A DNA stretch of 64,000 nt from NCBI GenBank assembly GCA_965261395.1, contig OZ253462.1, forward strand, positions 1,792,001-1,856,000, given 5' to 3'. A program made the position numbers and the translations under genes. This stretch comes from Candidatus Latescibacterota bacterium (GTDB taxonomy: Bacteria > Latescibacterota > UBA2968 > UBA8231). Below are positions 47,389 through 60,904 of the stretch, piece by piece (the first letter of the stretch is position 1; each line of letters opens with the position of its first letter). The notes below the pieces were generated by a model, which was not told the DNA's origin, did no database searches, and saw only the letters and a list, made by a program, of their open reading frames with translations.

Positions 47389-48441
47389 TCAACCGAAGAA
47401 TACTGTCGCTAGGTCGTATAGCTCTTGGTCCACGAGCTTGAGCTGATTGACCGCCTCGGCCAGTGGGATCGCCACGATTTCATTGCCTTGCAGACTCACC
47501 ATCTTGCCGAAGTCGCCGGCGTGAACCAAGTCGATGGCGGCAATGCCAAAGCGCGTACCCAAGACGCGATCGAAGGCCGTGGGTGTCCCCCCGCGCTGCA
47601 AGTGCCCTAGCACAGTCACCCGCGTCTCATAGCTCGTTCCCTCCTCGACCGCGTGGGCGACAAGTTGGCCGATGCCGCCTAGCTTGACGTGGCCGAACTC
47701 GTCGAGGCCCCCCTTGGAGACCACGTATTCGTTCTCCCCGCCTTCCTCGGAAACTAGTTGCGCTCCCTCGGCGACTACCACAATCGAAAAGTCCTTGCCG
47801 CGCTCGTGTCGCTTGCGGATGGTGCTGACGATTTCCTGGATGGTGTATTTCTGCTCGGGGATGAGGATCATATCCGCGCCACCGGCCAAGCCAGCGTGGA
47901 GGGCGATCCAACCACTGTGTCGCCCCATGACCTCGATGACCATCACTCGGTCGTGGGATTCGGCCGTGGTATGGATCCGGTCGATGGCCTCGGTGACGAT
48001 ATTGACCGCGGTGTCAAAGCCAAAAGTGTAGTCCGTGCCGTTCAGGTCGTTGTCGATGGTCTTGGGCACACCTACGATCGGCACGCTCATGTTCGCTAGC
48101 TTGTTGGCCACCCCCAGCGTGTCCTCGCCGCCGATGGCCACGAGCGCAGCCAACTTCATCCGCCGCATATTATCGACGACGATTTCGCCGCCGTCTTCTT
48201 CTCTGAACGGATTGGTGCGCGACGTACCGAGGATGGTGCCGCCCTTGGGCAAAATGCCGGAAATTTCCTCCAGACCCAAAGGCTCCCAGTCGCATTCCAT
48301 CATCCCTTTCCAGCCCTTGAGGATGCCGCGAAAGCGGTATCGGTATGCAGTAATGCCCTTGCGCACCACAGCGCGAATGACGGCGTTGAGGCCCGGACAG
48401 TCGCCTCCTCCGGTCAATATGCCGATCGTCTTTTCGGCCAT
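47389..48441 (-). CDS. pfkA: Phosphofructokinase (group III, probably PPi-dependent)
   Basis: GGGDCPGLN, GGEDT, PKTIDND, EVMGR, LGHLQRGG. Confidence 0.92.
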   Translation of the reverse strand: MAEKTIGILTGGGDCPGLNAVIRAVVRKGITAYRYRFRGILKGWKGMMECDWEPLGLEEISGILPKGGTILGTSRTNPFREEDGGEIVVDNMRRMKLAALVAIGGEDTLGVANKLANMSVPIVGVPKTIDNDLNGTDYTFGFDTAVNIVTEAIDRIHTTAESHDRVMVIEVMGRHSGWIALHAGLAGGADMILIPEQKYTIQEIVSTIRKRHERGKDFSIVVVAEGAQLVSEEGGENEYVVSKGGLDEFGHVKLGGIGQLVAHAVEEGTSYETRVTVLGHLQRGGTPTAFDRVLGTRFGIAAIDLVHAGDFGKMVSLQGNEIVAIPLAEAVNQLKLVDQELYDLATVFFG

Positions 48442-48529
48442 GTTCGGACTCCTTGGCTCGCGGCCAACTCTGAGTATAGCTTGGAGATGGGGGATTTCAA
48501 AAAGGTCTAAATGTAGGCAATTATTAGAA

Positions 48530-49198
48530 TTAGGTCAATAGATCGCCCGCGCCCGAGCGCGCCAAGACAACGGCCCACAGGCGGTCGCTCCCCACAGCTT
48601 GGGCACAAGCAGCCATGGTCTCGCCGGTCGTCCACACGTCATCTACTATGCCAATCCGAGTGCCTGCCGGCAGCGCGCCCACGAGCGCAAAGGCACCGCG
48701 GAGATTGGCGCGGCGTTCCTCGGCCGACAAGAGGGCTTGCTGCCGAGTATTTTTCCGCCGCCGCACGACCCCGTGGTACACGGGCACGCCGAGCGCGGCT
48801 CCCAATCCAGCGGCGATTTCCGCGCTCTGATTGTAGCCGCGCTCCCGCCGCCGAGCCGGGTGCAAGGGCACGGGCAACAAGCAATCCAGCGGAGCGAATT
48901 GCTCGGCCAAGCACTGACCCATGCGCTGGCCCAATGCCTCTCCTAATCGCACTTGGTTGCGAAATTTAAGCGCGTAAATGGCCTGTTGCAGCACGCCGGT
49001 AAACGGCCCGAGGGAGACGACCTTTTCAAACGCACGTCCTCCGTCCTCGGGCCGAGGACGCGGATGGTGCGGCACAATCTCCGCCCAGCACGACCCGCAC
49101 AGCAGCGCGGCGGCCTCGATGTCCGCTTCGCACACCGCGCAGTGCGGCGGATAGGCAAAGTCCAATAGGGCGCGGCCCCACGTCTGTAGTGTTTCCAT
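48530..49198 (-). CDS. comF: ComF family protein
   Basis: CxxC...CxxC, PVPLH...RGYNQ, VDDVWTTGET. Confidence 0.88.
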   Translation of the reverse strand: METLQTWGRALLDFAYPPHCAVCEADIEAAALLCGSCWAEIVPHHPRPRPEDGGRAFEKVVSLGPFTGVLQQAIYALKFRNQVRLGEALGQRMGQCLAEQFAPLDCLLPVPLHPARRRERGYNQSAEIAAGLGAALGVPVYHGVVRRRKNTRQQALLSAEERRANLRGAFALVGALPAGTRIGIVDDVWTTGETMAACAQAVGSDRLWAVVLARSGAGDLLT

Positions 49199-49380
49199 TT
49201 TACCCGCTGCTCGTTACCCAAGGACTACGCCATAGGCGCTCCGAACCACCTTAGGTACAACAAAGAAAAAAACGTGCCACGCCAACGCGCTGCACGCTTT
49301 TTTGCGGACTTGCCATAATTCACCCCTTTTTCGTATTTCCGATGATCCGTTACACACATACCCCGAACAGAGGATTGGTT

Positions 49381-52269
49381 ATGCCCCTGCTGTACGCGCT
49401 TTTCTTTCTCGTCTTGGCCCAGGCCCTTCCCGCCGAGTACAAACTGCTCCACGGCCCGGATCCCAAAGACCCCATGGCGGCCCATATCTACCAATTGGAC
49501 AACGGCCTGACGGTCTATTTAACCCAAAACAGCGAAGAACCTCGCTTCTACGCCGAAATCGCCGTTCGCGCTGGTTCCAAGCACGACCCCCAAGACGCCA
49601 CCGGCATCGCCCATTATCTGGAACACATGCTCTTCAAGGGCAGCCAAAAAATCGGCACCCTCGACTACGAAAAGGAGCAGGTCCACCTCGACCGCATCGA
49701 GGCGCTCTACGAGCAGCACTTCAGCGAGACTGACCCGGAAAAAAGGGCCGCAATCTACGCACAGATCAACGCTGAAAACCAACTCGCCTCGGCCTACGCC
49801 ATTCCCAATGAACTCGACCGCCTCTACACTGCGATGGGCGAGCGCAGCCTCAACGCCCACACGTGGGTTGAGGAAACCGTCTATAAGGTGGAACTACCAG
49901 CCAATCGCCTAGCGCAATGGGCCAAAATCGAGGCCGAGCGCTTTCACGAGCCCGTCTTCCGCCTCTTCCAAACCGAGCTGGAAACCGTCTATGAGGAAAA
50001 AAACCGCTCCCTCGACAACAAGGGCCGCGTCATCCACAAAGCCGTGCAGGAGCAGTTCTACAAGGTCCATCCCTACCGCGTCACTACGCTAGGCACAGTA
50101 GAGCACCTGAAAAACCCCTCGCTAGAGCGCATGTACGAGTTTTACCACACGTATTACGTACCCAACAACATGGCGATCTTCATTTCGGGCGACATCGACA
50201 TCGACGAGACCATCCAGCTCATCGACCGCGAATTCTCGCTCTGGGAACGCGGGGAACTGCCTCAATTCCCCAAATACAAAGAGCCTGCAATCGACGAAGT
50301 GGAACGAGTCGAGGTCAATTATCCCGGTGAGGAATACGTACTTTTGGCCTTTCGCACGGCGCAGCGCACACACGGAGACGCCGAGGCCCTGCAGATCCTC
50401 GACATGATCCTCGACAACGCCACCGCTGGGCTGATCAACCTCAACCTCAATCAGCAGCAGAAGGTGCGCGAAGCCGGCTCCTATCCCTATCTACTCAACG
50501 ACTATGGTGCCCAGTACTTGTGGGGCATCCCCAAACAGGACCAGACCCTTGCGGAAGTCGAAGCCCTGCTCTTGGAGCAGATTGACCTGATCAAGGAGGG
50601 GCAATTCGAGGATTGGATCATCCCGGCCATTGTCACCGATTTCAAGAAGAGCGTAAAGCAGGGGCAGGAAAACAACAGTTCGCGGGTCAGCTCCATGCGC
50701 GATTCGTATCTCGGGTTTGAGGAATGGAGCCACGCGCTGCGTGCCCTCGACCGCATGGCCGAGATCGACAAGCAGGACATCGTCAAAGTCGCCAATAAGT
50801 ACTTCAACGGAACGTATGTCGCCGGCTACCGCCGCGATGGCGAACAGGACATACCCGAGATCGCCAAGCCGCCCATCGACAAAATCGACATCGATGCCTC
50901 GCGCCAATCGGCCTTTTCCGCCGAGGTCATGGCCATGCCCTTTGCGGAGGTCGAGCCGGCCTACCTTGTGCCCGAGCGCGACTTCACTACCCGCGAACTA
51001 GCGGGCGGCAGCAAGCTCTACTACGCCCGCAACCCACTCAACGACCTCTTTGAATTCTCTGTCGCCATCGACATCGGCTCCCTAACCGAAAATCGCCTGC
51101 CCGTGGCCCGCGAACTGCTCGACAAGTCGGGCACCCCGCGCTTTACCTCCGAAGAGCTAAAAAAGGAGTGGTACAAGTTGGGCACCGACTTTAGGATGAG
51201 CGTCGACGACCAAGAGACCACGATTTCCATTTCGGGCCTCGACGAACATTTCGCTGCGTCGCTCGCCTTGTTATCCGAGCTGATGCACGGCCCGACCACC
51301 GACGACGCCACCCTAGCCGAGCTTCAGTCCATCATCATCGCTCGGCGCGACGACGCGCTCAAAGATCACCGCACCATCCACGAAGCTCTCTACCGCTACC
51401 ACCGCTTGGGCGACATGGCGTACTACCGCCGGGTCCGCTCCAACGAGGAAGTTCGCGCTCTGGGGCGCGAAGAGCTTATCGACCTACTCAGCAGCTTGCT
51501 CTCCTATCGCCAGACCCTCAGCTACACCGGATCGCAACCCATCGAGGACGTACAAGCTATCCTCGACCAGCACTATCCGCTGCCTGAGTCTCCAGTCGAG
51601 CCACCACCCTATCAGGTTTTGGAATTTACCCAGCCCGAAAAAACCCAGATCTACTTCTTCAACAAGGAAATGGCCCAAGCCCTAGTGAGGATCGAATACG
51701 TGGACGTGCCCTATCAAGCGGCGCTCGAGCCAGCAGTCGAGTTGTTCAACGACTACTTCTACGGCGGCATGGCCGGCATCGTATTCCAAGAGATTCGCGA
51801 AGCGCGGGCCTTGGCCTACTCGGTGGGTGCCCTCTACTTCAACGGTCGCGACAAAGCCGACTACAACTACATGGTCGGCGGCATGGGCACGCAAGCCGAC
51901 AAGACGCCCGAAGCGGTTACGGCCTTCGTCGGCCTGCTCGACGACATTCCCTCCTCGCCCGAGCGCTTTACCGCCGCACAGCTTTCAGTACTCAACAAGT
52001 ACCGCACGGAGCGGCTCGGGTTCCGCTCGGTGCTGGGGGCCGTGCGCGGCTGGGAGCGCAAGGGGCTGACCGGCGACCCACGCTCTTGGCGCTTTGAGCA
52101 GCTCCAAGCCAGCGACCTCGACGAGGTGCTCGAATTCTACCGCCAACACATCCAAGGCCGCCCCAAGCTGATTTCGATCACAGGCGACAAGAGCAAAATG
52201 GACTTAGAGGCCCTAGCAGCGCAGGGTGAGCTCGTCGAGCTAGGCCTCGACGCGCTTTTTGCCTTTTGA
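49381..52269 (+). CDS. M16 (insulinase/pitrilysin) zinc protease, secreted
   Basis: GIAHYLEHMLFKG (HxxEH), YVPNNM, EIREARALAYS. Start 49381 (SD GAGG) or 49342. Confidence 0.9.
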   Translation: MPLLYALFFLVLAQALPAEYKLLHGPDPKDPMAAHIYQLDNGLTVYLTQNSEEPRFYAEIAVRAGSKHDPQDATGIAHYLEHMLFKGSQKIGTLDYEKEQVHLDRIEALYEQHFSETDPEKRAAIYAQINAENQLASAYAIPNELDRLYTAMGERSLNAHTWVEETVYKVELPANRLAQWAKIEAERFHEPVFRLFQTELETVYEEKNRSLDNKGRVIHKAVQEQFYKVHPYRVTTLGTVEHLKNPSLERMYEFYHTYYVPNNMAIFISGDIDIDETIQLIDREFSLWERGELPQFPKYKEPAIDEVERVEVNYPGEEYVLLAFRTAQRTHGDAEALQILDMILDNATAGLINLNLNQQQKVREAGSYPYLLNDYGAQYLWGIPKQDQTLAEVEALLLEQIDLIKEGQFEDWIIPAIVTDFKKSVKQGQENNSSRVSSMRDSYLGFEEWSHALRALDRMAEIDKQDIVKVANKYFNGTYVAGYRRDGEQDIPEIAKPPIDKIDIDASRQSAFSAEVMAMPFAEVEPAYLVPERDFTTRELAGGSKLYYARNPLNDLFEFSVAIDIGSLTENRLPVARELLDKSGTPRFTSEELKKEWYKLGTDFRMSVDDQETTISISGLDEHFAASLALLSELMHGPTTDDATLAELQSIIIARRDDALKDHRTIHEALYRYHRLGDMAYYRRVRSNEEVRALGREELIDLLSSLLSYRQTLSYTGSQPIEDVQAILDQHYPLPESPVEPPPYQVLEFTQPEKTQIYFFNKEMAQALVRIEYVDVPYQAALEPAVELFNDYFYGGMAGIVFQEIREARALAYSVGALYFNGRDKADYNYMVGGMGTQADKTPEAVTAFVGLLDDIPSSPERFTAAQLSVLNKYRTERLGFRSVLGAVRGWERKGLTGDPRSWRFEQLQASDLDEVLEFYRQHIQGRPKLISITGDKSKMDLEALAAQGELVELGLDALFAF

Positions 52270-52275
52270 TGCCTG

Positions 52276-52304
52276 TTGACAAGAAACGCTCCGCCGTCTA
52301 GCTT
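52276..52304 (+). promoter_or_regulatory. Putative sigma70 promoter for tRNA-Met
   Basis: TTGACA-17 nt-TAGCTT. Confidence 0.65.
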
Positions 52305-52318
52305 TTAGACACATTTTT

Positions 52319-52395
52319 GGCGGCGTAGCTCAGTTGGTTAGAGCAGTGGAATCATAATCCATGGGTCGGGGGTTCGAGTCCCTTCGCCGCTACCA
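52319..52395 (+). tRNA. tRNA-Met(CAT), elongator
   Basis: GGCGGCG/CGCCGCT-ACCA acceptor, GTGGA-AT-CAT-AA-TCCAT arm. Lacks the initiator GGG/CCC anticodon stem. Confidence 0.88.
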
Positions 52396-52435
52396 TATTT
52401 CCTGCCGCTAACTTTGGCGGTTTGTCGTTTAACAC

Positions 52436-52468
52436 AAGCCCCCGGGGGTCGCCTCCTCGGGGGCTTTT
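52436..52468 (+). terminator. Intrinsic terminator after tRNA-Met
   Basis: AAGCCCCCGGGG...CCTCGGGGGCTTTT. Confidence 0.75.
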
Positions 52469-52574
52469 CATATCTGGCTTTTTTCAAGCTGGCTGGACAA
52501 GCGCTAGTGTCCATTCCCCTGATTCGTCCTTCAGGTCGCATGGGCCACCTAGATGATGCGGCCGGCCGGCAGCC

Positions 52575-53645
52575 TCAGCCCGTTATCTCCAACAGCTCAA
52601 CCTGCCGCCCTTCCTTCCCCGCCAGATCCGCCGCCGCCAGAATCTGAACGCATTCCCTGCCGTCATACATCGTGATCGGCATCTCCTCCCCGTTGGCTAG
52701 GGCGTCGAAGAATTTGCAGAACACGCTGTATCCCGGTGGGACGAAGCTGCGGTGGAATTCTGACAAGGGTTGCCAAGCTTCGGTTTCCCTTGTGTAGAGC
52801 ATCAGCGTGGCCGGGTCGCCGAAATCCAGCTTGGTGGAGGGATGGTCGCCCCTGACCTGCACCAACGCACCTTTGTGACCGTAGATCTCGGTGGCTAGGG
52901 GAGCCCGAGTTTCCGTCTCGCTCGTATGGAGAGTTACGATTGGACCATTGGCGTAGCGGAAGACGGCGGCATTGTTGTCCTCGACCGGGAGTCCTTTGAC
53001 GCTCGAGACGCCCAGGGAAACGACGCTCTCGGGCATGCCGAACATCCACTGCATCCAGAAAGCGGAGTGGGAACCAGCGTGGTAAAGCGAGCTGCGGCCT
53101 TCCGCATCCGCGTCGAACCATGGATCGACGGGGTCGTTCTGGATTCTCTGCGCAGCGAAATCCTGGGCGCTGTACTTGTCGTGCCCGTGGCGCCGCCGCA
53201 CCTGCACGATGGGTCCGAGCACACCGGAGTCGACGATTTCCTTCATGCGCTCATGCGCAGGGGAGAAGCGCAGGTTGTGGACGGGCATGACCTGGACGCC
53301 CGCTTTCTCAGCCGCGGCGATCGCTTCGTCCGCCTGCTCGGGGGTGCGGGTGAACGGCTTTTCGACCATGCAGTGTTTGCCCGCTTCGGCGGCACGGATG
53401 ATGTGTTCACCGTGAAGCTGGGTTTCCGAGGCAATGCCAACGGCATCGATGTCATCGCGGGCGAGAAGCTCATCTAGGTCGGGGGTGAATTCGACGCCGA
53501 AGTGATCGGCGGCGGCCTGTCCGCGCTTGGCGTCGGCGTCCCAGATTGCGATGAGATCGACGCTGTCGTGTTTCTGCGCGGCGTTGCAGATGCCGTGCGC
53601 GTGACCGAACCAAAAGGAGAGCTGGGCGAATCGGATGTTTGGCAT
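52575..53645 (-). CDS. Gfo/Idh/MocA family oxidoreductase
   Basis: AGKHCMVEKP, HNLRFSP, VDSGVLG, VEDN. Confidence 0.88.
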   Translation of the reverse strand: MPNIRFAQLSFWFGHAHGICNAAQKHDSVDLIAIWDADAKRGQAAADHFGVEFTPDLDELLARDDIDAVGIASETQLHGEHIIRAAEAGKHCMVEKPFTRTPEQADEAIAAAEKAGVQVMPVHNLRFSPAHERMKEIVDSGVLGPIVQVRRRHGHDKYSAQDFAAQRIQNDPVDPWFDADAEGRSSLYHAGSHSAFWMQWMFGMPESVVSLGVSSVKGLPVEDNNAAVFRYANGPIVTLHTSETETRAPLATEIYGHKGALVQVRGDHPSTKLDFGDPATLMLYTRETEAWQPLSEFHRSFVPPGYSVFCKFFDALANGEEMPITMYDGRECVQILAAADLAGKEGRQVELLEITG

Positions 53646-53895
53646 GGTTGCTCCTTGTCTCTATCGGGGCGCTACCCCATCTGTAGATCATACTCCCAAT
53701 CGAAGAAAGTAGTGTCAAGGCCTTTTTTCGAGACCTTGTAACCTCGTCGGCGCAAACCCGTCGTCGAACGCCAGACGGACTTGCTCGCGTCGGCTACCGA
53801 ACGATATTGGCCCTTATTATCATAGTCCTGCGGATGAGGCAGTTCAGAGGATGGAGGTCTTCTGAGCCAATGCAGAATTTGATACATTCAGACCC

Positions 53896-55449
53896 ATGAT
53901 CGACGAACTGGCACAGACCTACGCGCACTATGTGGCATTGCGGCGCGAACTCTCGCTGTGGGTCGAGCAGAGCATTCGCCGCGACGGGCCGGACAGAAAC
54001 CAAGGCGGCGAGGACGAGGCCAATTTCGCGCTGGCCTTCTTTCCGCATTATCTGGTCAGCGGCGACGAGCGGATCGCGGTGCGGTTTCACTCGCTGGCCA
54101 ATGACCTCAAGGCCTGGGTTAGAGCCGAGTGCCTGCACGGGTACGAGCCCGAAGCCGAGGCCCATCACGGCACCGAGCCCTTTTTGTTGTTTCTGCCCCG
54201 CTATCTGGGACTCTTTCCCGACGACAGAGAAGCCGCCGCCCTACTCGACGACGTAGCGCACCACATCGGCAACTGGATCGAGGGTGTGCCCGCTTGGTAC
54301 GACTGGACGCGCGACGTCTTTTTGAGCTACTGGATCGGCACGCGGACCGTCGGTGGGGCGCACGGCGAGCGCGAGTTGGCCGAGCACTTCCGCTTTTTGC
54401 ACCTTGCGCTGGCCGCCTGGCGCGTCACGGGTGAGGCGCGCTACCGCGACTGGGCGCTGCGCTATGGGCGCAAGCGGGCCGAGCGGTTGCTGGCGGAGGA
54501 CGGACCGATGCCCGTGTTGTGGGATCTGGACGGGCGTGGATTGCAGCCGGAGGATTTGCAGACCCGCACAGAGCAGGGGATGGCCGCCAACAACCACCAC
54601 ATCGCCGGCGACCCGCTCGCTGGTATCGAAAATCTGCTGGCGTCGGGCGCGGTCTACGCGCTGGGCGATCTCTTTTTGCTGGAGGGCGACGATATCTTTC
54701 GCCGCGCGGCCAAGAGAATCGTCGAGCCGCTAATCGGCGAATTGCTCGATCCCTACGCCGACTCAGCCGCCGCCGCGCTCTCCTACTATCGCCGGACCTT
54801 CGCCGATTCCTCGCTGGACGACGCGATGTGTGCGGTACTGGCGCGACAACCCGCCGAGTCGGAAGCACCGTGGGCGATGGTCTTTGCCCAAGAGCGGAAG
54901 CGTCGCGAGCCGGGGGTGGGCAAACGCAGCGACATGATTTACTGGGGCCATTGGGCAGAAGACGGCTCGGTGCAGCCCTCGCGCGAGCCGAGCACGGCGG
55001 CATTGGCGCTGGGGTATCAATTGACGGGCGAGTGGACCATGGCCCGGCGGGCGCTGGGGGCGGCGGCGGCCAAATTCGCCATGGCCCGGCGGGTGTTGCG
55101 CGGCGGGCGCGAACACGCCGATATGGGCGGGGCGATTTGCTCGGTGGCCGCGGGACACGGGCGCAATTGGGGCTGCGGGGCGGTGACGGGTTGCTATGGG
55201 CCGTTGTTGATGGGCACGCGCGAGATACAGGGCGCGGTGGTGCCGCTGGTCGAGTGGGCCGCAGGCCATTTGCCCGAGCAGATCCTGGCGCTTTTGCAAC
55301 CGCCGGTTGGTGGGCTAGGCACAGCGCTGTTTTACAATGGGGGCGAGGAGCGGCAGGCGCTGGAGTGGCGCATGGCGGGGGTGGCCGATTGGCAGCGCGT
55401 TGAGCTGGCACCGGGCGAGGTGCGGGAATACTCACTGGAGGAGGACTAA
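53896..55449 (+). CDS. Hypothetical protein, helical (possible alpha/alpha-barrel enzyme)
   Basis: 517-aa ORF with repeated aromatic-xx-TG/SG-E/D helix turns (YLVSGDE, WRVTGEARY, YQLTGE). Confidence 0.7.
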   Translation: MIDELAQTYAHYVALRRELSLWVEQSIRRDGPDRNQGGEDEANFALAFFPHYLVSGDERIAVRFHSLANDLKAWVRAECLHGYEPEAEAHHGTEPFLLFLPRYLGLFPDDREAAALLDDVAHHIGNWIEGVPAWYDWTRDVFLSYWIGTRTVGGAHGERELAEHFRFLHLALAAWRVTGEARYRDWALRYGRKRAERLLAEDGPMPVLWDLDGRGLQPEDLQTRTEQGMAANNHHIAGDPLAGIENLLASGAVYALGDLFLLEGDDIFRRAAKRIVEPLIGELLDPYADSAAAALSYYRRTFADSSLDDAMCAVLARQPAESEAPWAMVFAQERKRREPGVGKRSDMIYWGHWAEDGSVQPSREPSTAALALGYQLTGEWTMARRALGAAAAKFAMARRVLRGGREHADMGGAICSVAAGHGRNWGCGAVTGCYGPLLMGTREIQGAVVPLVEWAAGHLPEQILALLQPPVGGLGTALFYNGGEERQALEWRMAGVADWQRVELAPGEVREYSLEED

Positions 55450-55604
55450 TGCGCCTGTACACCTACCTGCTAAAGCTCCAACTGCTCAACGCGCTGGCCT
55501 ACCGCTTCGAGTATCTGTCCTCCATTGGGCGGAATTTGTGGATTGAGCGCCTTAGCCGTATCGAACAGCGCCTAGGCATAGAATCAAGGAGGGAGCAGAC
55601 ATGA
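55449..55604 (+). pseudogene. Truncated N-terminus of an ABC-2 (DUF990-type) permease fused to foreign sequence
   Basis: Not in ORF track. TAATG-coupled ORF MRLYTYLLKLQLLNALAYRFEYLSSIGRNLW then IERLSRIEQRLG...*. Confidence 0.6.
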
Positions 55605-56185
55605 AACACGGGCAGCAATGTCTCATCTTTATGAGCGTTTGGGCTTTGGCAGCTTTGAGCTTGCCAGCCCCCCTTTTCGGCCAAAGCGTCGGCGAACGTG
55701 TTCGGGCGACAGGAAAAGGGGACAAAATTATTGGGACCATTCAGATGATGAACCAAAGCTCGTTTGTTCTCAAAACGTCGGGTGGTAATACTACATCTCG
55801 CTTAGTCCGAATCCGCTACAGCAATATAATACGGCTGGAGCGGAGTAAAGAAAGGGGAAACTACTGGAAACACGGTGCCAGGACTGGATTCTTGATAGGG
55901 GCACTACCAGGGGCTTTTATCGGCCTTTTCGTGGCGAACTTTTGTCTTTCCGGTAATTGTTCGCCTTCTCCTGAGGCGTCAGGTATGGCGGTGGCGGGCA
56001 CTTTTCTTTTGGGTGTTCCTTCCGCGGTTTTGGGCATGGGCATAGGTGCCCTGCTTAAGAGGGAGAAATGGGAGCCTATCCCAATCCCGTCTACGATTGG
56101 ACGCTTTCAGATCAGTCCCAAGATTAGCGTGACCTCTATTGGTGGTGATCGGTATCCGATGCTAGGGGCCAGCGTCCGATTCTGA
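55601..56185 (+). CDS. Lower-GC secreted/membrane hypothetical protein with glycine-zipper helices
   Basis: SD AGGAGG, signal peptide, GARTGFLIGALPGAFIG and LGMGIGA. Atypical codon usage. Confidence 0.78.
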   Translation: MKHGQQCLIFMSVWALAALSLPAPLFGQSVGERVRATGKGDKIIGTIQMMNQSSFVLKTSGGNTTSRLVRIRYSNIIRLERSKERGNYWKHGARTGFLIGALPGAFIGLFVANFCLSGNCSPSPEASGMAVAGTFLLGVPSAVLGMGIGALLKREKWEPIPIPSTIGRFQISPKISVTSIGGDRYPMLGASVRF

Positions 56186-56392
56186 TGCGGTCAAACTCGT
56201 CAACCACGCCCACGCAGAGATCCTCGAACGGCGAGACAGTGTCGCCGCATCCGCTTTGCGAGGAGCCAGGTGTCTGCGTCGGCGCTGATCTCGGAGCTGT
56301 CGGCCCGCTACCCGGTGTGCGACGTGTCCGTCCAGGAGCCCGACATCGAGGACGTGATTCGCACGGTCTACGGGCGCGACGTGGGGGGATAG
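56186..56392 (+). pseudogene. C-terminal remnant of an ABC-2-type ATP-binding subunit
   Basis: Frame from 56246 reads RIRFARSQVSASALISELSARYPVCDVSVQEPDIEDVIRTVYGRDVGG*. No start codon or Walker motifs. Confidence 0.65.
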
Positions 56393-56602
56393 ACGCAGTC
56401 AGCCGGTCCTAGCTGATCGATTCAGTTTGCCGATTGGCTCGATCCGGCGTACCCAGTGCAACGGCTCCTCGACTTGGTGCGAGAACCCCATTCCGGCCCC
56501 TACTAGCCACGCCCCATCAGCGCCAGAGCGAATGACGTCTGGAACGACGACCCGGATACCCTAGGAGTTAAGAGGGTTGCGGTCGGCCTACCATTGGCCC
56601 AC

Positions 56603-56643
56603 GCAAAAGGCACTTGCGAACCGCAGTCGCAAGTGCCTTTTGC
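56603..56643. terminator. Terminator of the atp operon
   Basis: GCAAAAGGCACTTGCGA-loop-TCGCAAGTGCCTTTTGC. Confidence 0.85.
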
Positions 56644-56665
56644 TTTGCAGGTACTCCTATAAAAA

Positions 56666-57073
56666 TTAACTACTCGTGCGGAGGCGATTGAGGGCGCGTG
56701 ATAGCGCCGCTTCGGCGCGCGCTGCGTCGATCTCCTCTTGCCCGGTGCGCGCCTTGGCGAGGCGCTCCTCAGCGCGCTGGCGCGAAGACTCGGCCCGCTC
56801 AACGTCGATCTCCTCGATGCGTTCGACTGTCTCGGCCAGCACCGCGACTTGCTCGCGCCCGACCTCGACAAAGCCACCGCTGATGGCCATTTGGACCTCG
56901 CTGCCGTCCTCCTCGACAAAGCGCAACTGCCCGATCTGCAATCCGGTCAAAAGCGGGATGTGGCCGGCGAGGACGCCGAAACTCCCCTCGCTACCGGGCG
57001 CTTGCAGGCTGGCGACCTGCCCCGAGTAGGCCACCCGCTCTGGAGTGACTACCTCTAAGCCAAAGGAGGGCAT
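56666..57073 (-). CDS. atpC: ATP synthase epsilon
   Basis: LEVVTPER, GSFGVLAGHIP, SGGFVEV. Confidence 0.95.
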   Translation of the reverse strand: MPSFGLEVVTPERVAYSGQVASLQAPGSEGSFGVLAGHIPLLTGLQIGQLRFVEEDGSEVQMAISGGFVEVGREQVAVLAETVERIEEIDVERAESSRQRAEERLAKARTGQEEIDAARAEAALSRALNRLRTSS

Positions 57074-57076
57074 GGA

Positions 57077-59354
<2,278 letters not shown>

Positions 59355-59362
59355 AGCTCAGC

Positions 59363-60889
<1,527 letters not shown>

Positions 60890-60904
60890 AGATCCTCCTA
60901 CTGA

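Noticed and set aside
53700-53880. IS end remnant (GAGACCTT motif)
   Set aside because: No partner inverted repeat or transposase fragment.
54425-55462. Long alternative ORFs (also 7310..8278, 37678..38709, 61432..62229 and many others)
   Set aside because: Arg/Pro/Ala-rich shadow frames overlapping well-supported genes, as expected in GC-rich DNA.
52396-56600. Integrative element at tRNA-Met
   Set aside because: The region looks variable, but I found no integrase and no duplicate of the tRNA 3' end.
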